This document shows, piece by piece, positions 24,905-32,518 of a DNA stretch of 64,000 nt (position 1 is the first letter of the stretch; every line of letters begins with the position of its first letter). Source of the DNA: Novosphingobium sp. GTDB taxonomy: Bacteria; Pseudomonadota; Alphaproteobacteria; Sphingomonadales; Sphingomonadaceae. The translations under genes and the position numbers were made by a program. The notes under the pieces are model-generated. The model had not been told where the DNA came from. It did not search any database and saw only the letters and a program-made list of their open reading frames with translations. The stretch is from contig DASZZS010000007.1 of the NCBI GenBank assembly GCA_035543295.1, positions 13,886 to 77,885 on the forward strand, in the 5' to 3' direction.

Positions 24905-26002
24905 CTATTCCTCGGTCCGCACCAGCACCGTCTCGCCTACCAGCAGGAACAGCAGGAACGGCGCCCAGGCTGCGATCAGCGGGGGGTAGCCGCCGAAATT
25001 GCCCATCGCCAGCGCGGCATTGTCGACCACGAAATAGGCGAAGCCCAGCGCCATGCCGATCACCGCGCGGATGATCAGCTGGCCCGAGCGCGCGAGGCCA
25101 AAGGCGGCGACCGCACCCAGCAGCGGCATCAGCATGGCCGAGAGCGGACCCGAGAGCTTGTGCCACCACTTACCCTCAAGCTCGCTGGTGCGGCGTCCCG
25201 CGGCCTTGAGCGCGGTGATCGAGGCGCGCAGCTCCATCAGGCTTTGCGCGTCGGCATCGACCTTGCTGAGCGCGACCTGCGCGGGGGTGACTCCGGGGGC
25301 GACCACCAGCGGCACAAGCCGGGTCGCCATTGTTGCCCTGACGTCGAACCGGGTGGGGGCATCCAGCTTCCAGCCGGGCGCAGCATAAGTCGCGCGCGGG
25401 CTGCGCAGTTCCTCGACGATGGTGCCACTCGCATCGCGGCGATACCAGGTGACGTTGGTCATCACCACAGCTGCGCCTTCGCCGGTGACGGTCGCGGCGT
25501 TGAGGATATTGGGCCCGTCGCGCAGATAGACGTTGCTGCGCACGCCTGAGTCCCTGGGCACCGGGCCATAATCGACCGCGGTCCAGGCCTTGAGCGTCGC
25601 GCTAGAGCGGGTCACCACGCGCTCGTTGAAAGTGAAGCTGACGAGGCTGACGATTGCTGCGGTAATCAGCAATGGGGCCAGCACCTGATGCGCCGACAGC
25701 CCTGCGGCCTTCATCGCCACTACTTCGCTGTTCTGGTTGAGTGTGGCGAGCGTGATGATCGTTGCCAGCAGCACCGAATAGGGCAGGAACCGCGCGATCA
25801 GCTGCGGGGTGCGCAGCGTCACGTAAGTCCACAGCTCGGCCTCGCCATTGCCCTTGTGGCCGAGGATCTTGCCGCTTTCGCTCAGCAGGTCGAGCATCTG
25901 CAGCACCAGCACGAGCATCACCAGCACGCCCAGGATGCGCACGATAAACAGCCGGGCCAGATAGAGCGTCAAGGTCCGCGATGGGAAGAATTCGAGCTGC
26001 AT
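24905..26002 (-). CDS. lptG: LptG-type permease (LptF/LptG family)
   Basis: Start MQLEFFPSRTLTLYLARLFIVRILG... (26002) overlaps the lptF stop by 1 nt (TGATG). It has the YjgP/YjgQ pattern. Confidence 0.85.
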   Translation of the reverse strand: MQLEFFPSRTLTLYLARLFIVRILGVLVMLVLVLQMLDLLSESGKILGHKGNGEAELWTYVTLRTPQLIARFLPYSVLLATIITLATLNQNSEVVAMKAAGLSAHQVLAPLLITAAIVSLVSFTFNERVVTRSSATLKAWTAVDYGPVPRDSGVRSNVYLRDGPNILNAATVTGEGAAVVMTNVTWYRRDASGTIVEELRSPRATYAAPGWKLDAPTRFDVRATMATRLVPLVVAPGVTPAQVALSKVDADAQSLMELRASITALKAAGRRTSELEGKWWHKLSGPLSAMLMPLLGAVAAFGLARSGQLIIRAVIGMALGFAYFVVDNAALAMGNFGGYPPLIAAWAPFLLFLLVGETVLVRTEE

Positions 26003-27210
26003 CAGGCGATGCCTGCCGCGCGGCCCCGGCGCTTGGCCAGCCCGCGCAACCATTTGCCGAGATTGGCGGCGAATTTCTCGAGCGCGCCGATCGCCTGCCC
26101 GCCGGGGACGTAGGCGACGCGCCAGTACATCCACACGATCAGCGCGGCGAACAGCACGAATGGCCCCCACAGCGCGAAGGCCGTGTCGAACCGGCCCAGC
26201 GCGGCCACCGCCTGCCCGTATTCGTTGATCTTGTGATAGGCGACCACCATCACGATCGAGACGAAGATGCCCAGCCCGGAGGTCGAGCGCTTGGGCGGGA
26301 TCGCCAGCGACACCGCCAGCAGCGGCAGCAACAGCATCATCACCACTTCGACCAGCCGGTAGTTGAAGCTCGCCTGGCTCTGGTTGCGCAGCTCTTCCGA
26401 AGCGTGCTTGTTCCAGCCGATCTTGAGCAGTTCGGGCAGGATATATTCGCGCTCCTTGCCGCCGCGTGACCGGAACTTTTCGACCGTGGGCAGGTCGATC
26501 GGCAGATCGTAGCGGGTGAAGGTCAGCACCCGCGAGCTTTGCTGCGGGATGTCCTGAACGATCTGTCCCTGAGTCAGCCGCAGCACGATCGTGTCGGGGC
26601 TGTCCTTGAGCGCGAGGAACCGGCCTTCCCGCGCCGAGATCGCCAGCACCTGCCCCTTGGCATCGGCGACCCGCGCGAAGATCCCGATCAGGCGGCGGCC
26701 TTCGTCCTCGCTCGCCTCGATCCGCAGCGCGACGCGGTCCTTGAGCGTCGTGAACTCACCCACCTTGATCGAGGCACCCAGCGCGCCCGAGCGCAGATCG
26801 TATTGCTGCTGCTCGTAATAATAGCGCGACAGCGGCTGAAGGTAGCCGACGATCACGAGGTTGAGCCCCGCCAGCGCCAGCGTGATCAGATAGGGCACGC
26901 GCAGCAGCCGGTTGTAGCTCAGCCCCACCGCGCGCATCACATCGAGCTCGCTGCTGGTGGCGAGCTTGCGGAACGCCAGCAGGATGCCGAGCATCAGCCC
27001 CAGCGGGATCGCCAGGCTGGCGTATTCGGGCAGCAGATTGGCCAGCATCTTGAACACGACGCTGACCGGCCCGCCCTCGGTCGCGACGAAATCGAACAGC
27101 TTGAGCATCTTGTCGAGCACGAGCAGCGAGGCGGCGATGACGAACACCGCGAACATCGGCATCAGCACCAGCCGGAAGATATAACGGTCGGTGGCGGTAA
27201 GGAATTTCAC
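26002..27210 (-). CDS. lptF: LptF-type permease (LptF/LptG family)
   Basis: MKFLTATDRYIFRLVLMPMFAVFVIAASLLVLDKMLKLFD... with six predicted TM segments, paired with lptG. Confidence 0.85.
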   Translation of the reverse strand: MKFLTATDRYIFRLVLMPMFAVFVIAASLLVLDKMLKLFDFVATEGGPVSVVFKMLANLLPEYASLAIPLGLMLGILLAFRKLATSSELDVMRAVGLSYNRLLRVPYLITLALAGLNLVIVGYLQPLSRYYYEQQQYDLRSGALGASIKVGEFTTLKDRVALRIEASEDEGRRLIGIFARVADAKGQVLAISAREGRFLALKDSPDTIVLRLTQGQIVQDIPQQSSRVLTFTRYDLPIDLPTVEKFRSRGGKEREYILPELLKIGWNKHASEELRNQSQASFNYRLVEVVMMLLLPLLAVSLAIPPKRSTSGLGIFVSIVMVVAYHKINEYGQAVAALGRFDTAFALWGPFVLFAALIVWMYWRVAYVPGGQAIGALEKFAANLGKWLRGLAKRRGRAAGIA

Positions 27211-27570
27211 GGCGGGGTAATGGCTTGGGCAGCCCCCAAGGTCAATCGCGCGGGTCCATTGCCGAGGGCGGGAAGCGAAAGGTGACTAAAGGTGACACCA
27301 AGGCACGCGCTCACCGGCGTCGCCCATCGCCGAAAAACTGCGTTGATTTCCTTGCGTTTTTAATCAGGGCAGGGTGACAAAGGCGACACCGTGTCACCCA
27401 AATTATGCTACCTTTATCCATTTGTTTCAACAGGATAAGCTCGCAAGGGTGGCAGATGATATATTCCGCCGCAGCAACGCCGCGCGCCGACAGGATCGAA
27501 GGGCCGACGATTGGAAAGAGCGGCCAAGAGGATAGCAGGCGGCGGGCGTGTAGGAAAATGGTGTTGCTAG

Positions 27571-27692
27571 TACCTCCCCGGCACGGGAGGGGGACCAGCG
27601 AAGCTGGTGGAGGGGTCCCACCTCTCCGCAGCTGCTGTGCTGGAGGCGAAGGGGGACCCTCCGTCAGTCCTGAGAAGGGAACCGCCCCGGCA
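27571..27692. repeat. GC-rich nested-palindrome element (family 2)
   Basis: CCTCCCCGGCACGGGAGGGGGACCAGCGAAGCTGGTGGAGGGGTCCC...GGGGGACCCTCCGTCAG... It shares its architecture (GGGAGG-GG, short hairpin, GGAGGGGT ... CCCTCCGTCAG) with 59471-59617. The boundaries are approximate. Confidence 0.5.
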
Positions 27693-27731
27693 TGCGCGTC
27701 GAGTTTGGTTTCGGCGTATCCATGCCCAACC

Positions 27732-28079
27732 TCAAGCCTTCTCCAGCGTGCATTGCAGCGGGTGCTGGTTCTGTTTGGCGAAGTCCATCACCTGATGAAC
27801 CTTGGTTTCGGCGATCTCGTAAGGGAAAATGCCGCAGACGCCGACGCCCTTCTGGTGGACGTGGAGCATCACGCGGGTCGCTTGTTCGAGATCCATGGTG
27901 AAGAAGCGCTTGAGCACCATGACCACGAATTCCATCGGCGTGTAATCGTCGTTGAGCAGCAAGACCTTGAACATGCTCGGCTTTTTGGGCTTGGTCCGGG
28001 TCTTGGTGGCGACCCCGAGCTGGTCCTGGCCACCCGCCCCGTTATCGGCGCCACCATTCTCATCGCCATCATCCGCCAT
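27732..28079 (-). CDS. clpS: ATP-dependent Clp protease adaptor ClpS
   Basis: [27 protein letters not shown]...[29 protein letters not shown] prefer the start at [10 protein letters not shown] (28079) over 28121. Confidence 0.9.
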   Translation of the reverse strand: MADDGDENGGADNGAGGQDQLGVATKTRTKPKKPSMFKVLLLNDDYTPMEFVVMVLKRFFTMDLEQATRVMLHVHQKGVGVCGIFPYEIAETKVHQVMDFAKQNQHPLQCTLEKA

Positions 28080-28411
28080 GCGGACAAAGGTTTCGGGCAG
28101 GGCAGGCGGGTAGCGCATCATGGGAATTTACCGCATCGGAGGGGCAAAGGACAAGCCACCCATCGGCGATAAGTCCTTGCCAGCGGACTAACGGCGGTAG
28201 CGCATCGGGGCAACCGGCTTGGCACTGTGCCCTGCAAGGGGCTGGAATTGCTGGCCCGGTTGCGGCAAGGTCGCGACCTGTTCGCCGGGGGAAGGACCAT
28301 TCGCTGAGCCGTTCCGATGCCTCCCCCGCCGCACCACCGGCACCGGGCCTGCGCCTGAACCTGGGGGTCACGGGCCACCGCGCGGCGCATCCCGGCTTTG
28401 CGCAGGGCGAG

Positions 28412-30307
28412 GTGAAGATCGGCGCGGTGCTGGCTGAAATCTTCGCGCTGTTCGATGCGGCGGTGGCGGCATCCCCGGCGGTCCCCGGCGCGGGCGCGCC
28501 GATGCCGACCCGGTTCCACACTTTACTCGCCGACGGGACCGACAGTGTCGCCGCAGATCTCGCGCTGGCGCGGGGCTATGAGCTGGTCGCGCCGCTGCCG
28601 TTCGGGCGGCGGCTCAACAAGGCGATCAACGCGCTGCCCCCCGATGCGGCGGATGCGCGGGCGCTGCTCGCCGGCGGGCCCGCCAGCGATCCCGCGACCG
28701 AGCGCCGTGCGGGCGATATCCGCCGCCTGACCGACCGGGCGACCGTGCTGGGCCTCGCCGACGAGGACGAGGCAATCGCCGCGCTCTACCTCGCCAAGCT
28801 CGATGCCCCGACCGACTTTGCCCGCGCGCAGCTGTTCGCCGCCGAGAGCTCGCGCCGCGTCGCGCTGGCGGGGCGCATCCTGATCGAGCAGTCCGACGCG
28901 CTGATCGCGGTGTGGGACGGGGTGACCACCGCGCATGTCGGCGGCACCGGCGATACCATCGCCGCCGCGCTCCACCAGGGCTGCCCGGTGCTGTGGATCG
29001 ATCCGGTCCGCCCCGCCGAATGGTGCATCCTGCGCACCCCTGAATCGCTCGCCGCGCTCGACCACGCCGGGGGCGAGGACCGGCTGCAGCTGGTCGAGGC
29101 GATCGTCCGCGCCGCGCTCCACCCCGGCGACGAGCCCGACCATCCGGGGATCGGGATGCTCCAGCATGAGCGCTGGCACCCGCACAGCAGCGGTCTTGCC
29201 CAAGGCTATCGCCGGATCGAGGCGCTGTTTGGCGAGGATCGCTGGCGCGGCCGCTTGCGGGACATTCGCGTCACTTACCGCGACCCGGCCACTATGGGCG
29301 AGGGGGCTGGGGAAGGTCCGGAGATGCTCGCCACCGCGCGCGCGCTGCCCTGCGTCGATCCCGCGCTGGTCGCGCGGATCGAGGCGGGGGTGCTGCGGCG
29401 CTTCGCGTGGATGGACGGGATTTCGGCGCATCTCTCGGATAGCTACCGCGGCGGGATGATCGTCAATTTCGTGCTCTCCAGCCTCGCGATTGTCGGGGGC
29501 ATGTCGTATCTCCCATTCGTCTCCGCGCCCAACAAATGGCTGTTCGCGCTGTTCGAACTGCTGCTGCTCAGCGCGATCCTGGTCATCACCATGCTCGGGC
29601 AAAAGCGCCGCTGGCACGGCCGCTGGTTCGAGACCCGGCGGGTCGCCGAATATCTGCGCCACGGGCCGATCCTGCTGACGCTGGGGGCGGCGCGTCCGCC
29701 CGGGCGCTGGCCGCAGGGCGCGGAGACCAGCTGGCCCGAATTCTATGCGCGCAACGTCATGCGCGAGATCGGACTGCCCGCGATGGTCATCACCGCGCCC
29801 TATCTGCGCGGGGTGCTGACCGGGCTGCTCGATGCGCATGTCGTCAGCCAGCGCGACTACCACTATGGCAAGGCCGAGCGGCTGACCACGGTCCACCACC
29901 GGCTCGATGCGCTGTCCAACCGGTTGTTCCAGCTCGCGGTCCTGTCGGTCGCGCTGTACCTCGCGTTGCGCGGAATGGCGGCGGGGGGGCTTATCAGCGA
30001 GGAATGGCTCGATCACCAGTCCAAGTGGTTCACCGTGCTGGGAGTGATGTTCCCGACCTTCGGCGCGGGGATCGCGGGGATCCGCTATTTCGGCGATTTC
30101 GAGCGGTTTGCGGCAATCTCCGAGGTGACCGCCGAAAAGCTCGATTCGGTCCACGAACGCATCACCGTGCTCGCCGCCGCGCCCGATGCCGCGCTCAACT
30201 ATGGCCGGGTCGCCGAACTGGCGCACGCCACCGACGAGATCGTGTTTGACGAAATCGAGAACTGGCAGGCGGTGTTCGGCGGCAAGCAGATCGCGGTGCC
30301 GGTTTGA
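28412..30307 (+). CDS. Orphan membrane protein: SLOG-like N-terminal domain plus two tandem 2-TM (SLATT-like) modules
   Basis: 631-aa ORF from the GTG at 28412. The frame stays open upstream and encodes RLNLGVTGHR, so a probable CTG start at 28304 follows GGGGGAAGGA. SLOG-like motifs: LLADGTDSVAADLALARGYELVAPLPF and SDALIAVWDGVTTAHVGGTGDTIAAALHQGCPVLWID. There are two TM hairpins, each followed by an amphipathic helix (RRWHGRWFETRRVAEYLR; IRYFGDFERFAAISEVTAEKL). The domain names come from motif recollection, not from an HMM search. Confidence 0.6.
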   Translation: MKIGAVLAEIFALFDAAVAASPAVPGAGAPMPTRFHTLLADGTDSVAADLALARGYELVAPLPFGRRLNKAINALPPDAADARALLAGGPASDPATERRAGDIRRLTDRATVLGLADEDEAIAALYLAKLDAPTDFARAQLFAAESSRRVALAGRILIEQSDALIAVWDGVTTAHVGGTGDTIAAALHQGCPVLWIDPVRPAEWCILRTPESLAALDHAGGEDRLQLVEAIVRAALHPGDEPDHPGIGMLQHERWHPHSSGLAQGYRRIEALFGEDRWRGRLRDIRVTYRDPATMGEGAGEGPEMLATARALPCVDPALVARIEAGVLRRFAWMDGISAHLSDSYRGGMIVNFVLSSLAIVGGMSYLPFVSAPNKWLFALFELLLLSAILVITMLGQKRRWHGRWFETRRVAEYLRHGPILLTLGAARPPGRWPQGAETSWPEFYARNVMREIGLPAMVITAPYLRGVLTGLLDAHVVSQRDYHYGKAERLTTVHHRLDALSNRLFQLAVLSVALYLALRGMAAGGLISEEWLDHQSKWFTVLGVMFPTFGAGIAGIRYFGDFERFAAISEVTAEKLDSVHERITVLAAAPDAALNYGRVAELAHATDEIVFDEIENWQAVFGGKQIAVPV

Positions 30308-30430
30308 TGTCTTTTTCTGTTTCAGCGTGGCTGAAACACCCGCCGTCAGGCGGACAATAACTCTTCCGGTTTAGCTTGCTCCGCGTCGCCCCCGCGCTAC
30401 CATGTCGGCACTGACAATTCGGGGGATTTT

Positions 30431-31357
30431 GTGATGCTAGGAACGCTGCTCGCTCTGGTGGGGCTGGTCTTCATTTTCCTGCTGATGGGCGTGCGCGTCG
30501 TGCGCCAGGGCTACGTCTATACGATCGAGCGGCTCGGCAAATTCAGTCTGGCTGCGAATCCCGGGCTGCATCTGATCATCCCGTTCGTCGACCGGGTCGG
30601 CAACAAGGTCAATATGATGGAGCAAGTGCTCGATATCCCGGGGCAGGAGATCATCACCAAGGACAATGCGATGGTCGGGGTCGACGCGATCGTGTTCTTC
30701 CAGGTGCTCGATGCCGGCAAGGCGGCCTATGAGGTGTCGAACCTCTATCTTGCGATCATGCAGCTCACCACCACCAATTTGCGCACCGTGATGGGCTCGA
30801 TGGACCTCGACGAGACGCTCTCGAAGCGCGACGAGATCAACGGCCGGCTGCTCGCGGTGGTCGATCACGCCACCTCGCCGTGGGGAGTCAAAGTCACCAG
30901 GGTCGAGATCAAGGATATCCGCCCGCCGATCGACATTTCCAACGCGATGGCGCGCCAGATGATCGCCGAGCGCGAGAAGCGCGCCCAGATCCTCGACGCC
31001 GAGGGCGCGCGCGCCAGCGAAATCCTGCGCGCCGAGGGTGAGAAGCAGGGCGCGATCCTGTCGGCCGAGGGCCGCAAGGAAGCCGCGTTCCGCGACGCCG
31101 AAGCGCGCGAGCGCTCGGCCCAGGCCGAAGCGCAGGCAACCAAGGTGGTGTCCGAGGCGATCGCCACCTCGGGGACGCAGGCGCTCAACTACTTCGTTGC
31201 GCAGAAATATACCGAGGCGGTCGCCCAGTTCGCCAATTCTCCCAACGCCAAGACCATCCTGTTCCCGGTCGAGGCGACCCAGCTGATCGGCTCGCTTGGC
31301 GGGATCGGCGAACTGGTGCGTGACGCTGTTGCGCCCATCGGCGAAGGCAAGCGCTGA
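30431..31357 (+). CDS. SPFH/Band-7 (stomatin-like, QmcA/YbbK-type) protein
   Basis: N-terminal TM helix followed by [18 protein letters not shown]...[18 protein letters not shown]...[17 protein letters not shown], then a coiled-coil tail. Confidence 0.9.
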   Translation: MMLGTLLALVGLVFIFLLMGVRVVRQGYVYTIERLGKFSLAANPGLHLIIPFVDRVGNKVNMMEQVLDIPGQEIITKDNAMVGVDAIVFFQVLDAGKAAYEVSNLYLAIMQLTTTNLRTVMGSMDLDETLSKRDEINGRLLAVVDHATSPWGVKVTRVEIKDIRPPIDISNAMARQMIAEREKRAQILDAEGARASEILRAEGEKQGAILSAEGRKEAAFRDAEARERSAQAEAQATKVVSEAIATSGTQALNYFVAQKYTEAVAQFANSPNAKTILFPVEATQLIGSLGGIGELVRDAVAPIGEGKR

Positions 31358-31803
31358 TGGACTGGCTGGAGAGTCTCGACGCGCATTGGGCCTGGCTCGC
31401 GCTGGGGCTGGTGCTGGCGATTGCCGAAATGGCGATCCCGGGCGTGTTCCTGATCTGGCTGGCCGGCGCGGCGCTGGTCACCGGGATGGTGGCGTGGGTG
31501 CTGCCGATCGGGGTCCCGCTGCAGATCGTGATCTTTGCGGTGCTGGCGATTGGCTCGGTCTTCGCCGGCAAGCGCTATCTGGCGGCCAACCCGGTGGTCT
31601 CACCCGATCCGCTGATGAACGATCGCGGCGCGCGACTGGTCGGCGAGATTGTAGTGGTCACACAGGGAATCGACGATGGCAACGGCAAGGTCCGCCAGGG
31701 CGACGGCGAATGGCTGGCGCGCGGACCGGATGCGGAACCCGGCACCAAGATGCGGGTTTCAGGCCACGACGGCACGGTGCTGATTGTGGAACATCTGCAT
31801 TGA
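31357..31803 (+). CDS. NfeD-family membrane protein (partner of the SPFH protein)
   Basis: The start overlaps the SPFH stop (TGATG). TM helices are followed by a C-terminal OB-like segment GKVRQGDGEWLARGPD...GTVLIVEHL. Confidence 0.85.
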   Translation: MDWLESLDAHWAWLALGLVLAIAEMAIPGVFLIWLAGAALVTGMVAWVLPIGVPLQIVIFAVLAIGSVFAGKRYLAANPVVSPDPLMNDRGARLVGEIVVVTQGIDDGNGKVRQGDGEWLARGPDAEPGTKMRVSGHDGTVLIVEHLH

Positions 31804-31837
31804 TGCGTTGATCGGTCACGCTTTCGCGTGACCTCGC

Positions 31838-31964
31838 GCGGCACCGGCCCGCTCCCCCGCCCGGCCACCCATAGGGTAACCTATTGTTGGGTGGCCGGGC
31901 GCCTCAGCGAAAACGTCCCCCGGACGTTTTCGTGACCTTCGACGCGGGAGCGGGCCGGTGCCGC
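31838..31964. repeat. GC-rich hairpin element (family 1, second copy), carrying an inserted terminator-like hairpin
   Basis: The left arm 31845-31871 (CGGCCCGCTCCCCCGCCCGGCCACCCA) is 25/27 identical to 19849-19875. The right arm is split (31888-31901 and 31946-31957) by an insert containing the hairpin 31908-31932. Outer GCGGCAC/GTGCCGC pairing extends the element. Confidence 0.75.
31908..31932 (+). terminator. Putative terminator of the SPFH-nfeD operon
   Basis: 11-bp stem CGAAAACGTCC/GGACGTTTTCG with a CCC loop. The A-run and T-run lie inside the stem ends (bidirectional-type), about 105 nt after the nfeD stop. Confidence 0.45.
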
Positions 31965-32004
31965 CCAGGCGTAAGGCTGGAAAAAGAACCAAAGGAGATT
32001 GCCG

Positions 32005-32403
32005 ATGGCCGATAGACTCGAACTCACCGACGCCGAGTGGCGCGAGAAGCTGACCCCCGAGCAGTATCAGGTGCTGCGCCAGGCCGGGACCGAGCGCGCC
32101 TTTGCGGGCAAATACGATGCGAACAAGGCGGCCGGCGACTATATGTGCGCGGGCTGCGGCGCGCCGCTGTTTACCTCGGACACCAAGTTCAACAGCGGAT
32201 CGGGCTGGCCCAGCTACACCGCGCCGGTCGCGGGAGAGGCGGTCGAAGAGCTTGTCGATAGCAGCCACGGCATGGCCCGCACCGAAGTGCGTTGCGCCAA
32301 ATGCGAGGGCCATCTGGGCCACGTCTTCCCCGATGGCCCCGGCCCGGAGGGGCTGCGTTACTGCATCAACAGCGTGGCGCTGGACTTCAAGCCGAAGGAC
32401 TGA
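32005..32403 (+). CDS. msrB: Peptide-methionine (R)-S-oxide reductase
   Basis: AAGGAG lies 7 nt upstream of the ATG at 32005. Motifs: [50 protein letters not shown] and YCINS. Confidence 0.92.
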   Translation: MADRLELTDAEWREKLTPEQYQVLRQAGTERAFAGKYDANKAAGDYMCAGCGAPLFTSDTKFNSGSGWPSYTAPVAGEAVEELVDSSHGMARTEVRCAKCEGHLGHVFPDGPGPEGLRYCINSVALDFKPKD

Positions 32404-32518
32404 TGCGGCGAGCTGACGGGAGCGAAAATTCCCCCATTAACCCGGCGTTGCAATTCGCCTATGTAACCCGCGTCAGTTACCGGGCGCATGCGCCATTGAG
32501 AGGGTCGGTCCAAGTCAT

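Noticed and set aside
24905-27210. lptF/lptG in what may be a sphingomonad (a group reported to carry glycosphingolipids instead of LPS), considered as a noteworthy anomaly
   Set aside because: The taxonomic assignment is only an inference from this window, and I cannot establish whether this organism makes LPS. I have not claimed it as a finding.
27290-27420. Repeated GGTGAC(A) words and a GACAC-C-GTGTC mini-palindrome upstream of lptF, considered as an sRNA gene or operator
   Set aside because: The arms are only 5-6 bp. I could not define promoter or terminator signatures, so this is too weak to call.
27405-28172. 255-aa plus-strand ORF
   Set aside because: It starts in AT-rich intergenic DNA, crosses the nested-palindrome repeat and then runs antisense through clpS. 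It is not credible.
28292-28315. GGAAG-N15-CGTT upstream of or inside the SLOG-like gene, considered as an EcfG box
   Set aside because: It has a mismatch in the -35 and a spacer that is too short. It also overlaps the probable RBS and CTG start.
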